64,000 bases of DNA from the NCBI RefSeq assembly GCF_009834535.1, contig NC_045696.1, positions 101,620,001 to 101,684,000 of the forward strand. Reading direction: 5' to 3'. Shown one piece after another: positions 38,866 through 50,356 of the stretch. Every line of letters starts with the position of its first letter. Positions within the stretch are counted from its first letter, which is position 1. The DNA comes from Camelus ferus. Lineage: Eukaryota. The notes beneath the pieces were generated by a model that did not search any database, was not told where the DNA came from, and saw nothing but the letters and a program-made list of their open reading frames with translations. A program made the translations under genes and the position numbers.

Positions 38866-39455
38866 TGGGAATTAGAGGGAGCACAGTCCACAAGACCACC
38901 CTTGCTGCTGACACCAATCAAAATTTCAGAATCCTTAAGACAACTTTTAGTTTCAGTAATTCACTAGAAGGACTCGCAGAACTCACTGAGAGCTGTTTGA
39001 GTCACAGTCACAGTTTATTACAAGCTTAAAAATACCGATTAAAATCAGCTAAAGGAAGAGGTGCCTAGAACAGAGTCCAGGAGGGTCCGATACCAACTTC
39101 CAGGAGTCCTCTCCTGTGGAGTCATGGGCAGTGTTAACTCCTCCTGGAGATGATGCGTGACTGTAGTCACAGAGCATTGCCAACCAGGAGGGCTCACCTG
39201 AACTCTGGAGTCTTTACTGGGGCTCCATCACGACTGCCCACATAGCCAGCATCAGTGTCCAGTCCCTTCATACGTCAAGCTAATATAGAATTCAGCAACC
39301 CCACCATAAATCACTACATTAGACTTTCTGCTGTGGCACAAAGCCCCCAGGTAAACAAAGACACTCTTATCAGGCAGGACATTCCAAGGGCCTCCAGATA
39401 AGCTCAAGAGGGCAAAGGCCAGACCTCTTTAGGTAAAGTTAAGTTCTTTGCTACA
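38866..39455 (-). mobile_element. MER21-type LTR
   Basis: 'taattcactagaaggactcgcagaactca...cagtttattac...gattaaaatcagc.aaaggaagagg...caaagacactcttatcaggcaggacattccaaggg'. Confidence 0.8.
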
Positions 39456-41134
39456 CTGATAGAAATTAGTAGTAGCTCTCATTTTAAAGATGGAAAAACG
39501 GAGGTGTGGGGTCAAATGACTCCCCTATGGTCATATAAATAGCAGCAGGGATGGAAGTCAAAGTCAGAGTCTATGCTTTTAGACACTGAACTATGCTGTA
39601 TTTGATTCACAGAAAGATCCAGAGCAACTCCTAATAACTGGTCCATCTTCCAGCTCCTGCTACTTTCAAATCAAGCCATCAAGTCCTTTTAAACCAAGTC
39701 TGATCCAAGTCAGGTTGTATCCAATAAAAAACTGGTTTCAGTTTCCTGATTAAGAAACAGCCAAAGGTGATTTTTGTTTTTGGCTGAAAAGATACAGCAC
39801 CCCAACTTTTTCAAATAACGCCACAAAGGATGCACACCCCCTATGCCGGGCAGTGCACCAGTGGCGTCACTGCACCTAAGTAAACCTTAGTCATGAAGGG
39901 TGGGTGCCCCTTCACTCTGTAATTTCTGAGTGGCCAACCTGCAGCTCTTGTTCAGATTCTCAGTCTCTCTCTCCCTCACTCCCCTCCCTCACTCCCTCCC
40001 TCCATCTCTCCTGCCCTCTCACTGAGGCTGGTGGTCCTCACTGCTAGGTGTTTGTTGGTTTTCTCTTTTATTCTTTGACTTCAGGTCTCTTGGGTGAGTA
40101 CAACAGGGTCTCCAGCTTGTGCTCAAGGGAAAAACAGGCAAGGCCAGCTTTGTTTTGAAGTTCCTTTGGCCTATTTAGCATTAACTTAAAAAAAAAAAAA
40201 AAAGAACTCCTCAGGGTTCAACTGAATTATTGAAACTACTTCAATTCAAAGGCCAAAGCCATTGCTAACTCTATTTGTGCTGCCGCTGTATTCTTATTTT
40301 TCTTTTTGTTTATCTCAAATGGGAATTTGTGAGGAGAAAAATGAGTCTAGATTTAAGAAATCGTATATATTTTGCCAAAATAATATCATTATTAAAACCT
40401 AATACTTACCACTTACATTTACTGTGCTACCAAAAGAGTAGAGAAAACTGAGGATCAGAGAAGTTATGTGAGGAGGCCAGCATCACACATTAAGTCAGCA
40501 TCCAAGTCAGAACTAGAACAAGGGTTTCTTGATTTAGAATTCAACAAAGGCTATGCCACCTCCTCTACAGAGAGAGAGTCTTTGCTCTAGATAGAAGGTC
40601 AAGCAAAAGATAACAAAAGGGGGTGAGCTGGCACTCAAACATGTGAAGTAACTAAAGCTTAATAGTTCAGGAAAGATTTTCTGCAGAAGAGGATTTTAAG
40701 GGTTTTTTGCTATTGTTTATCTACATTTTACCTTTGTCTTTAGACAACACATTAATAAAACAGTCTCCAAAAGGAGTGTTTTGTAGTTTGGATTAAATTT
40801 TTTGTTTGCTTTTATTAGGTTTTGTGTATGTGTGTGTGTGTGAGGTGTGTTAAAGGGGTAAGAGGTGTGAAATTAGGTGGTGGGAGTTAAGAGAACGAAG
40901 AGACGACTTTGTTCTTTCTGCTTTTAAAGTCTCACAACATACTTCCACATAAGGGTAATTTTAACAAACGCTAAAACACAGGTGCACCGAGGACAGCAAA
41001 TAATTAGTCTCGGATGTCACCAATCAGTCCAGATGCTGGCCACAGGACATGAGTTTACAGAAATGAGATACTGGGTGGACACTGGCAGAATGTCAATGCT
41101 ATACAACTCATAAGTTCTACTTTTTATTGAGCAC

Positions 41135-41504
41135 TCCTATGGACTGAATGTTTGTGTCCCCCTACCCTCTCACTCCCCAAAATAATTCATATGTTGAAAT
41201 CCTAATCCTCCATGTTAGGAGGTTAGGCCCTTGGGAGGTGATTAGGTCATAAGGGTGAGACTCCCATGAATGGGATTAGTGCCCTTTTAAAAGGGATCCG
41301 AGAGAGCGCTGGGCCCTTCCAACATTTGAGGACACAATAAGATGGCCAATCATGAACCATGAAGTGAGCTCTCAGCAGACACCGAATTGTCCAGCACCTT
41401 AACCTTGGACTTCCTAGCCTCCAGAAATGTAAGAAATAAATGTTTGTTATTTAAGCCACTCAGTCTATGGGATTATTGTTATAACAGCCCAAAGAGACTA
41501 ATCA
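41135..41504 (+). mobile_element. MLT1A-type solo LTR
   Basis: 'ctatggactgaatgtttgtgtcccc...gggaggtgattaggtcat...atgaatgggattagtgccctt...aataaatgtttgtt.tttaagccactcagtctatgg'. Confidence 0.9.
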
Positions 41505-44500
41505 AGAATTTATTCTGAATCAGTCACTATTTTACAAACACGTTATAGGACTTAATCCTCCCAACATTTCATTTCACAGATGAAAAAACTGAGTCCAAGA
41601 AAGGTTAACTGCCCAGTATTTTACAGCTAGCAATTGGCAAACTTTGAATTTGTACCTAGTTTATACAACTTCAAAACTCACAATATTAATCATATAACCT
41701 TGCCCCATAATAAGGTGACATAATGAGACGTACTGGACATCAATAAGGACATTATTGTTTGGATGATTTGGCTTGGTTTGTTTTTGATTTAGTTGGATTT
41801 AGTTTGGTTTTAAGCCAACAGTCCCAAAAGAGAACTTGAGGAATCATCATTTTTGGCTTAAACTACTTTATTTGTTTTGCCGCAAAGCAAAGATGTTTCA
41901 GCATATTTAATTTGTCAACAGAAATTCTATAGATAAAATTTCAGGTAATAAAAAGTTTAAATATTTAAAGAAACTATAATTCGCAGCTGTAAAGTATTTC
42001 TCATCTTTAAAGAGTTTACTAGCAGTCAGCCTATTAATTTTCTTAGACCTCTGCCATTATTCTCACAGGTGGTTGATGAATAAACTCCACAGTGAAGATG
42101 GTCATGGGAGAGCTATGTGTCATGGGAAAAACCATCCCCAAATCAAAATAAATCCTTGTGCAACTAACTCTTTGCAAAGGTCATGTAGAGTGGAAACGGC
42201 ACATTGGTCTTCCTTCTGCACTGAGTCCAACCAGACTGAGACGCATGGGGAGGTTAACAAGCAAGTTAATGTAGCAGTTCCCCTATAGGTGTTGGGGAGA
42301 TCCACTACTCAGGAAGTCATCATTCCAACGTGAGTAAATATGAGGGATAAACACCACCAAAACAAAATGCATTACTGAAAGCAGGAATTAACATTAAAAC
42401 TAAATATGGAAACAGGTCAAACAATTGCTAAGGAAGAAACAATCTGAGTATGAAGAGGCTATTTGGTAGAAGAGCAAATCCATGTTTTACAGTTAGACTT
42501 ATGCATAGCCAATGCCTGGTATTCCTCCACTATGCGGAAGCCACTACAGAAAAAACAGTGCTGAGAGTCAGCAGTAGTTCAAAGAAAATAACCTGGAGAT
42601 GAGAGAATGTTATTAATTACACTTTGGTAACAATCCAGTAAGTGTGCTGATAAAAATCTAAGCCAAGTGATGAATGAATCTGACTTTCTTTTCTAAATGT
42701 TAGCACAGACAATCCTTTACCTGCAATCCAAGAATTAAAAGAGAATATAGGTACACCATCATCTATGTGGGTCTAAGTCAGAGATCCGGGCCTTTGAGTT
42801 GGGCAGTGGGGAATAAAATAAGTAGCAACCAAAAGTAAAAGATCACAAAGGACTGGACATACACAGGGGTTATCAGCGATCACTCATCTAACATCCACGT
42901 TTGGGTATTAGGTTGAGCTGTAGTGCATATCCAAAGTCCCAGGTTCACAAATTATAGGTGTGCCAGTTCTCACAGATGCACAGTGTTCACACATAAAATC
43001 ACCTAATGAGGCTGTTCACCGTAATCTGGGCTCCACTCCAAGACCTACTACCCAAGAGTGACTAGACCACGTTCCACGATGAATCAAGGTTCATTCCAGA
43101 GAACATCTGTTAGCGCTGGTATTTCTATGGCTGCTGAGTGAATCTAGACTATTTCCTTTTAATTACAATTTAAATAAGACCAGCCTCTTATGAAGCAAGT
43201 GCACTTTGTATGGCTTCTTTAAGCAAATGGGCCACCTACAATTTTTTTCAAAGGTTTTCCAAATCAGAGTCCAATCTAGTAATCAGTAGAAAATCAGTCC
43301 AGATAAGGATAATTGTGGTGAGGTTTCATCAAATAAATAGCAGTGGTTAAAATTCTATGCCAATTTGCTGCTGGTATTTGCATGTGACAAATAAGTAGAT
43401 TCAGAGATTCAGGGTTGAAGATAAGTGAGCCTCTTCATTAAAGGACAGAAATCACATCAACCAAATTCCCCAGAGATTGCCTCCAGCTGCTCTAGCAACC
43501 CCAAACCAATCAAAAAGAAAGTTTAGCTGGTCCTAGTCCCATCTGGACTCAAAGACTGAAGCCAAGGAACAGAAGTAAACATACTATAGAATGGAGATCC
43601 CTAGAGTCAGAGTAATTTATTTTAGAAACGGCTGATTGGTTTTGAAAAGGTGACTAAATTTACCATTTGTTCACTTCATATCAAGATGTTTAGGAGAAAA
43701 ATTTACTTTAAAATGTGTCTGGTGCTGTGTTTTTTAAGGTTGTATGTGTGTGCTGTTTTGCTTTGTCTTAAAATACTAGTTTCACAACGTGTGTGGTATG
43801 AATCTTATGTAATCAAGAATGGCTTGAAGGCTGCAGAGGTGGCTGACATTAAAGCTGTCATTTAAACAGCACCAACCAACTGGGAGAGAAGGTGCCTTGG
43901 AAAAAGCCAGAGCAGAGCATTAGTAGTGGACATTAGCAGCTGTGTTACTGAGAGTGGAGGCAGGCCAGGAAAGAGGAGAGGGGCTGAATACAGACATTCC
44001 AGTGGATCAGAGAGGCCTAGATTCAAAATTACCCCACGTTAGCAATGTAGAAGTTCCTTAAATTTGGGCAGTTATATATACAAAAGTCAGTGATTTCATT
44101 TTAATTTTTAAAATGACATAAAATTAGTAATTTAAAAATTAAACAATATTACATCCTGAAATTTAAACTATAACTTCTGCTAAATGTCTGTATTAAATAT
44201 CTGGAGGGGATTTTACTTTTATATATTATTTATTTTACTGTAATAAATTTCTTTTTATTCAGCTCACCCTTCCCCCTTCCTAACAGAATCTTTAGGCAAT
44301 TAATATCATCAACCTGGAGTTAATTCCTCACATCTTCTATTATAGATTATATTTATAAAATATAAAACAGCAATTTACAGAAATGTAGATAAAATGAAAG
44401 ATTTTTTCTCTCAGTTAAAAAAACTTTATCATTTTTTTCTATTTTAAAAGCAATTGTAAAGTAGAAAAAGAAAAATAAAATTTCCACGATGGCATGTTCT

Positions 44501-44711
44501 AAAACAACCATGCTAATATTTTATAAATTTTTTTGAATTATTTCTCCATAGATTTAGGTTATTTTCTAACCTTATTATATATACATATATACACACACAT
44601 AATTTTAAAGCCATATTATGTTTACCTGTAGCTGTCAATAAAATTAAGAATGAGTTTTAAAGATACTTGTAAATATCTGTGTAATAGTCTACTGAATGGA
44701 TGTATCATGGA

Positions 44712-45090
44712 TGTGGCAGAATATTGTACTCTTAGTACCAGTACCCACATGCTTTTCTTCATTCCCAGAAGCCCTTGCAGTTAGATTAGTTATATTCTGG
44801 TCAACAGACTGTAGATGAGAATGATGTATGTCACTCCTAAACTGTCCCCCAAATCTTCCATGTAATCCCTTTGCTCTCCCTTCCTTCTTCTCTCAACTGG
44901 ATACAGAGAAACAAGCTGAAGACTAAGTAATCCAAGAAGTTGGAAAGATCTGCATTGTTGAATGACTACATAAAAGGCCATTTACCAAAAACCTGATTAG
45001 ACTGTGACATGAGCAAGAATTAGAACTTTATTTTTTTATGTCATGAAGGAGGTATGTGTTACATCATCAAGCTTACCGTCATTAATGCAT
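44712..45090 (+). mobile_element. MLT1J-like LTR
   Basis: 'tgtggcagaat...ttcccagaagcccttgcagttag...ttctggtcaa...gactgtgacatgagcaagaa'. Confidence 0.65.
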
Positions 45091-45135
45091 AACTTACCCT
45101 AAAATTTTATCTTCTAGACATATTGGTTAAGTGGC

Positions 45136-45522
45136 TGTCATGGATGGGCACTGCTCAGATCTACAAGAGGAACCGTAGCAGGAGACATAGCTAACTGACA
45201 GCCCCAAGTATTGTTCCCTGGGCTCTTCCCTGGTGTTCATACCAAGGCCAGGCTTCTCCTGGACTCCTCCAGGCCAATGACCGAGCACACAGTGGGTACT
45301 AGAGCCAGGATATTCCTACACAAAGCAAGAACCCTATAGCCTTTGTTCAAGGATTCCTTCCCCATCAATATACTGAGACTCTCTAAGAACTACGCTACTG
45401 TCTAAAGGCTCTTCCAACTCCCGTTCTCCCTTCTTTATCTTTCACAGGAGTTTCATCCAATAAATCTCTTACATATATAATCTCATCCTCACATTCTCCT
45501 CCTGTAGGATCCAAACCAATAT
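45136..45522 (+). mobile_element. LTR16-type ERVL solo LTR
   Basis: 'gctaactgacagcccc...ccaaggccaggcttct...ggccaatgac.gagc...caataaatctctt.ca'. Confidence 0.7.
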
Positions 45523-46475
45523 AGGTTATTTCAATTTTTTCTCTATTATATGTAAAATTGATATGAAAATATTTATGCATATTTTCTGAATTTCGGATAA
45601 AATTCTTAAATGAGATTCTTCAGGAGGCAAAATGAACATTTTTAGAACTCTTGGCACATATTGCCAAATTGTGTGCCAAATTGTCACAATTTACTCTAAT
45701 ACTAATAACAAATGGAAATGCTTACATTACCACATACTCAGCAAAATTAAATATTATAGTTTTTTAAAAAAATAATAAAAGCTTTTTGCTCATTCAAAGG
45801 GCAAAAATCATCATTCATAGCTGTTTTGTTACGTACTTTTTCAAACCTAGTGAATGTGAACATAATTCTGGGTATTTATATACAAATAGCATTTTGTCTT
45901 GTGTGAGAATTCTATTTGTGTACTTTGCCCATTTACCTGTTGTAGGTTCTACCATTTTTTCTATCTGTGACATTTATTTTTATTCACTAAAGTCCCTAGT
46001 TCTTCTTTAATTTCTTTTAAAAAACTAATTTGAAACAGAAATAGAATAACTAAGCAGACAATGTTTCCTTGTAAGTACATCAATGTTACATGTAGCTAAT
46101 GATAAAATATGAGCTGTTTTTAAATAACACTCTTCCAATGTGTTATGAGCTCCTCTTTTACCAGAATGTCAACATTTATTCTTTGGCATATTTTAAATGT
46201 TAACAATGAAATATTTTTTGAATTACCTATTATAGAAAAAACAGAAATCTCTGCTAAAGATACTAAATAAAGAAAATGTCATAGTTCTTAAATAAATTTT
46301 GGGTTTTTTCTTCCCCCGATACAGTACTGTTGACTGTCCTTTACCCATCTTCCGTGTCTCCAAGGAATAAAATCAGTTGTGATTATTCTTTAATTGTACC
46401 TTCAAAGCCAAAAAAAAAAAATCACAAGGAAAAAGACTCAAATTATATACAGAATCTCTATAGGACAACTGAAAT

Positions 46476-46528
46476 CACACACACACACACACACACTTAT
46501 ACACACACTTACACACACACTTACACAC
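46476..46528. repeat. Compound (CA)n / (CACACACTTA)-type microsatellite
   Basis: CA run with three TTA interruptions. Confidence 0.95.
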
Positions 46529-46924
46529 AAAGTCCTAGTGTTGGCATGCAAAAATAAAGAAAATAATGTTACAAACACTTTTTTACCCACCACCAAGCTT
46601 AAGAAAAAAAAAAAAACAGTGCATATTGTATCAAAGCCCCTTTTATAATCTCAATCTCTTTCTGCTTCAAACTCCCAAAGATAGCCACTATTATGAATTT
46701 AATGTTTATCAATTTTAAACTTGTCTTTACACTTTCACTATATATGTGTCATACATCAATACAAATATACATTGGTTTGCATTATCTATATTTATGTAAA
46801 TTGTATCATATCTACATCCTTCTGCAGCTTGTTTCTTTACCTCAAAGATAGATTTTTAAGATTTATTTATCTTGGCAAGTGTAACGCTGGTTCATTTTAA
46901 TTGCTAGAGAGAACCATCCTCTTC

Positions 46925-47085
46925 CAGGTAGTGTCTGTGGCTGAGTACTACTGCACCACCTGGGAGTCTGTTAGAAATGCAGATTCTCCAGACCCACCCC
47001 AGACCCACAGAATCAAAATCTGTATTTAATTTAACAAGATTCCTACGTGATTTAAGTTCACCCTAAAGTTTGAGAAATGTTGGCA
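46925..47085. mobile_element. MER5A-like hAT MITE within old antisense L1 3' sequence
   Basis: 'cacctgggag.ctgttagaaatgcagattctc..cccaccccagaccc.cagaatcaaaatctg...aaagtttgagaa'. Confidence 0.8.
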
Positions 47086-47584
47086 TTAAATTCCACTGTA
47101 TTAGAACTTCACATTTTATATATTCTCTGCTAATGGATATTTAGACTTTCTAAATTTTTAATATGCTAATTTGATATTTTGCTTATTTTATTTTTCTGTT
47201 TTTAAGAAAACTTTCCCATCAACAAAACAACAATGGTTTCATGCCTCCATTTAGGCATGTAAATAACCTACTGAGGGAGTAGTTCTTTATCACAGAACTA
47301 GGACGACTTGTAACATGTATAATTTGCTCAACAGCCCACAGTGTGCAAGATAGATCACATTCCTTAGTCACACTAAACTGCCTAAAAACCCTGCATCTGT
47401 TGACCAAGGCCAACAAGATTTTTAGTATCAATTTTTTTCATGGTTTCCTCACCTTCACATCCATTTTTCTAGAACTTTAATCTGCAAAGATAAGAATGAG
47501 GCATTAGGTTATCAGTCTACCAGGTCAATAATGGAGATGCTCCCTGACCAAGCCTATGAATTTCTTTCAAAGGCTTGTGGCTGC

Positions 47585-47708
47585 AATAAACCCACAGACT
47601 TTTGCTCAATGAATCTTTGACAAAGGAGGCAAGAATATATAATGGAGAAAAGACAGTCTCTTCATCAAGTGGTGTTGGGAAAACTGGACAGCTGCATGTA
47701 AAAAAAAA
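47585..47708 (+). mobile_element. Isolated internal L1 ORF2 fragment
   Basis: Translates [37 protein letters not shown], the conserved post-RT ORF2 segment; ends in an A10 run. Confidence 0.9.
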
Positions 47709-49892
47709 TGTCTGGTCTGTGGCTCCACCCCCTCTGTACCGAGCTTCACCAGGGACCACTTCACTGAGTCCAGCGGCCATCCCCCAGTGCTCAGGGGAGG
47801 CATTTACTTCAGGGTCCTGACACCTCCAGGTGCCCTCATTGGGCCACCTGCAACCCTTTGTTTTCCTTCTCAGTGTTTGAGGTATCAACCTCTCGGGTAG
47901 AGCAATTACCCATCGAGAATACCAAGTACCACCAGAGTTCTCTCCTGCTCTTTAGGTCAAGTCCATTATGTCTAAAACTCTTTCTTTTTTTCACAAAAAT
48001 CTGTTACTCCTCCTTTGGGAATAAGGAGAGCTCAAACTTTGGGAAGAAGCCCAATTTAAGTCCTCTTGTTTCTAAAGAAACAACATACAACACAGAAAAA
48101 TAATACCAGATGCCAATTAATTTCTCATCACTTGCTGAATTATAAGCTTAACATTTGCTAAAGTTAGAGGATCTAATTCAGGGTCAGGGTAAACCAATCA
48201 AGTTCTCTTTAGGACTGATCATCCTTAGCACTGAGTCACTACATTTCTTTAAACTCATCTCCTCCACCTTAACACCTTTCCTTTGATAAATTAAGAATTC
48301 AGCCCAAAAGAATAGAAATGTTTACAAAAGCTTAACGAAGGTCCCAAGGTCCCAAGCTTAACCAAGGTCCCAAGGAAGTGATGAAGCCAGAGTTCCTCTG
48401 GAAAACATCAGTTAGGAAATGCTCTCAGAAGTTCCATGCAGCATGAGTCCAGTAGGATTCGCCCTTCCTGGGACCATCATGGGGATTCACTCAAAATGCT
48501 GCCTTAGCAATGAAGCTGCAGTCATAAAACCAGTCCCTACTACTAATTATAAAATATATTTAAAGAAACAGAACTTGGTAGAAACGAATCAGAGAAATTG
48601 GTAGGATCGACAGATCTTGTGAAGGTAGAGTCTGGAAATAAGTCAGCAATCATTAAACACTTGCTAAAGTGAACACAGTTGATGGTAAGGGTGGAAAAAT
48701 TCCACGAGTCTTGCCTACCTAGGCAACTCAATTCAGCAAACATGTCCACTGTGCACTAGGTGCTAAGTGCTTCATACTTCATCTCATTCAATCTATAAAA
48801 TCATCCTGTAGGATAATATGATCATTGTCATACATATAAAGAAGCTAACTCTTGCATTAAAAAAAAAAAAAAGATTATATACTTGGCAAGTAACAGAACT
48901 GAATTTGCTCCAGGTGGGACTTTTGGTTGCAGATTCAGCTCTCCTGCCTGTATACTTCACTAAATTGCCAATAAAAATACCAGGCAGCTAAAGACCTCTA
49001 GACTTACCAGCCCCGAAGAAGTCATATTAACAGTAATCATCCAGATCATCCCATCTTTTCTGCTCAGGTTGGATTTCACCCACCTGAAAAGAAGCTACAG
49101 TATTTCTAGCAGACATGCTTTGGAAAATGCCTGCTTCTACCTGGACACAAATTCTTCCTTCTGCCAGATATCTGCTGGATACTGTCAGGTCAGAAGGGCA
49201 CCACTATTTCTCATCAGATAGTCACTGGGCACTTTCAACCATGGTCACAGTTGGGACACCAGAAAACTCAAGATTCCAGACTTGGACTTTATTCTATCAT
49301 GTTATAGCAAAGAATCAATCTCTCTTTCTTTCTCTCCTCTCTCCAACCTATTAGAGAAATACCTAAATAAGGCTATTAATATTTCCTACACAGGCTTCAT
49401 AATGAACTCACTCATCATGTTTATTGACATCTTCATTCCTGCCCCTGGTCACCACAGTACTTGGGTACCAGCTGAATGAAGGCTCAGAAAGATCTAAAGG
49501 ACCAGTTAGTCATTCTCAAACTCATCTCACCTATATGATATTCACTAGTCAGGCTTCTTGAACCCAGATTCTTCCACATCAAGGATCCCCATGTAAAGAG
49601 GCTTCTGGAATCCCACTGCCCAGTTTGCTTTGCATGTGTCAGTCCCACTTGGACCCAGCCCCAGGCAAGCCCTGCAAGGAGAATAAACAGCTTCTTGTTG
49701 AGCTCCTGTCCTGAGTCCTGAGTCAAGTGTTATTTATATTATTTATTCTTCTTATAAACCTGCAGGTAGCTAGTATTATCTTCATTTTCAAACAAGGAAA
49801 CAGACTCAGAAACTTTAAACTGTCTGAAACTGTACAGATCCAAAGTAAATTATCATTATTTTACCTTAGGTCCTTCTGATTCTGAAACCTAT

Positions 49893-50356
49893 TATTATAG
49901 GTTTATGCCCTCCCAAAATTCACATGTTGAATCCCTAACGCCCAATGTGACTATATCTGGAGATAGGGTCTTTCAGAGATAATTAAGGTTAAATGAGGTC
50001 ATAAGGGTGGGGCCCTAATTCAAAAGGACTGTGGCTTTAGAAGAACAGGAAGGGATATCTCCCTCTCCTTCTTTCTGTTTCTCCTTCTCTTTCTCTGTTT
50101 CTCTTTCTGTCTGTCTGTCTCTGTCTTTCTCTCCTCCCTCCACATCTCCACCACCACCACCACCCCCACCACCATGTGAAGCCCAGTGAGAAGGCAGTCA
50201 CCTGCAAGCCAAGAAGAGAACTCTTACCAGGAACCAAATTGACCAACACCATAATCTTGGATTTTCCAACCTCCAGGAATGTAAAATATAAATTTCTGTT
50301 GTTTAAGCCACCCGGACTGTGACAGTTTGTTAGGGCAGCCTGAGATGACTAAGACA
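49893..50356 (+). mobile_element. MLT1B-like solo LTR with internal CT-rich/CCA expansion (50060-50172)
   Basis: 'cccaaaattcacatgttgaatccctaac.cccaatgtgact.tat.tggagatagggtctt...aataaatttctgttgtttaagccaccc...ctaagaca'. Confidence 0.9.

Noticed and set aside
42289..42329. Possible 41-nt plus-strand exon (tag|...|gtgagt)
   Set aside because: The donor is good, but the polypyrimidine tract is very poor and there is no other support.
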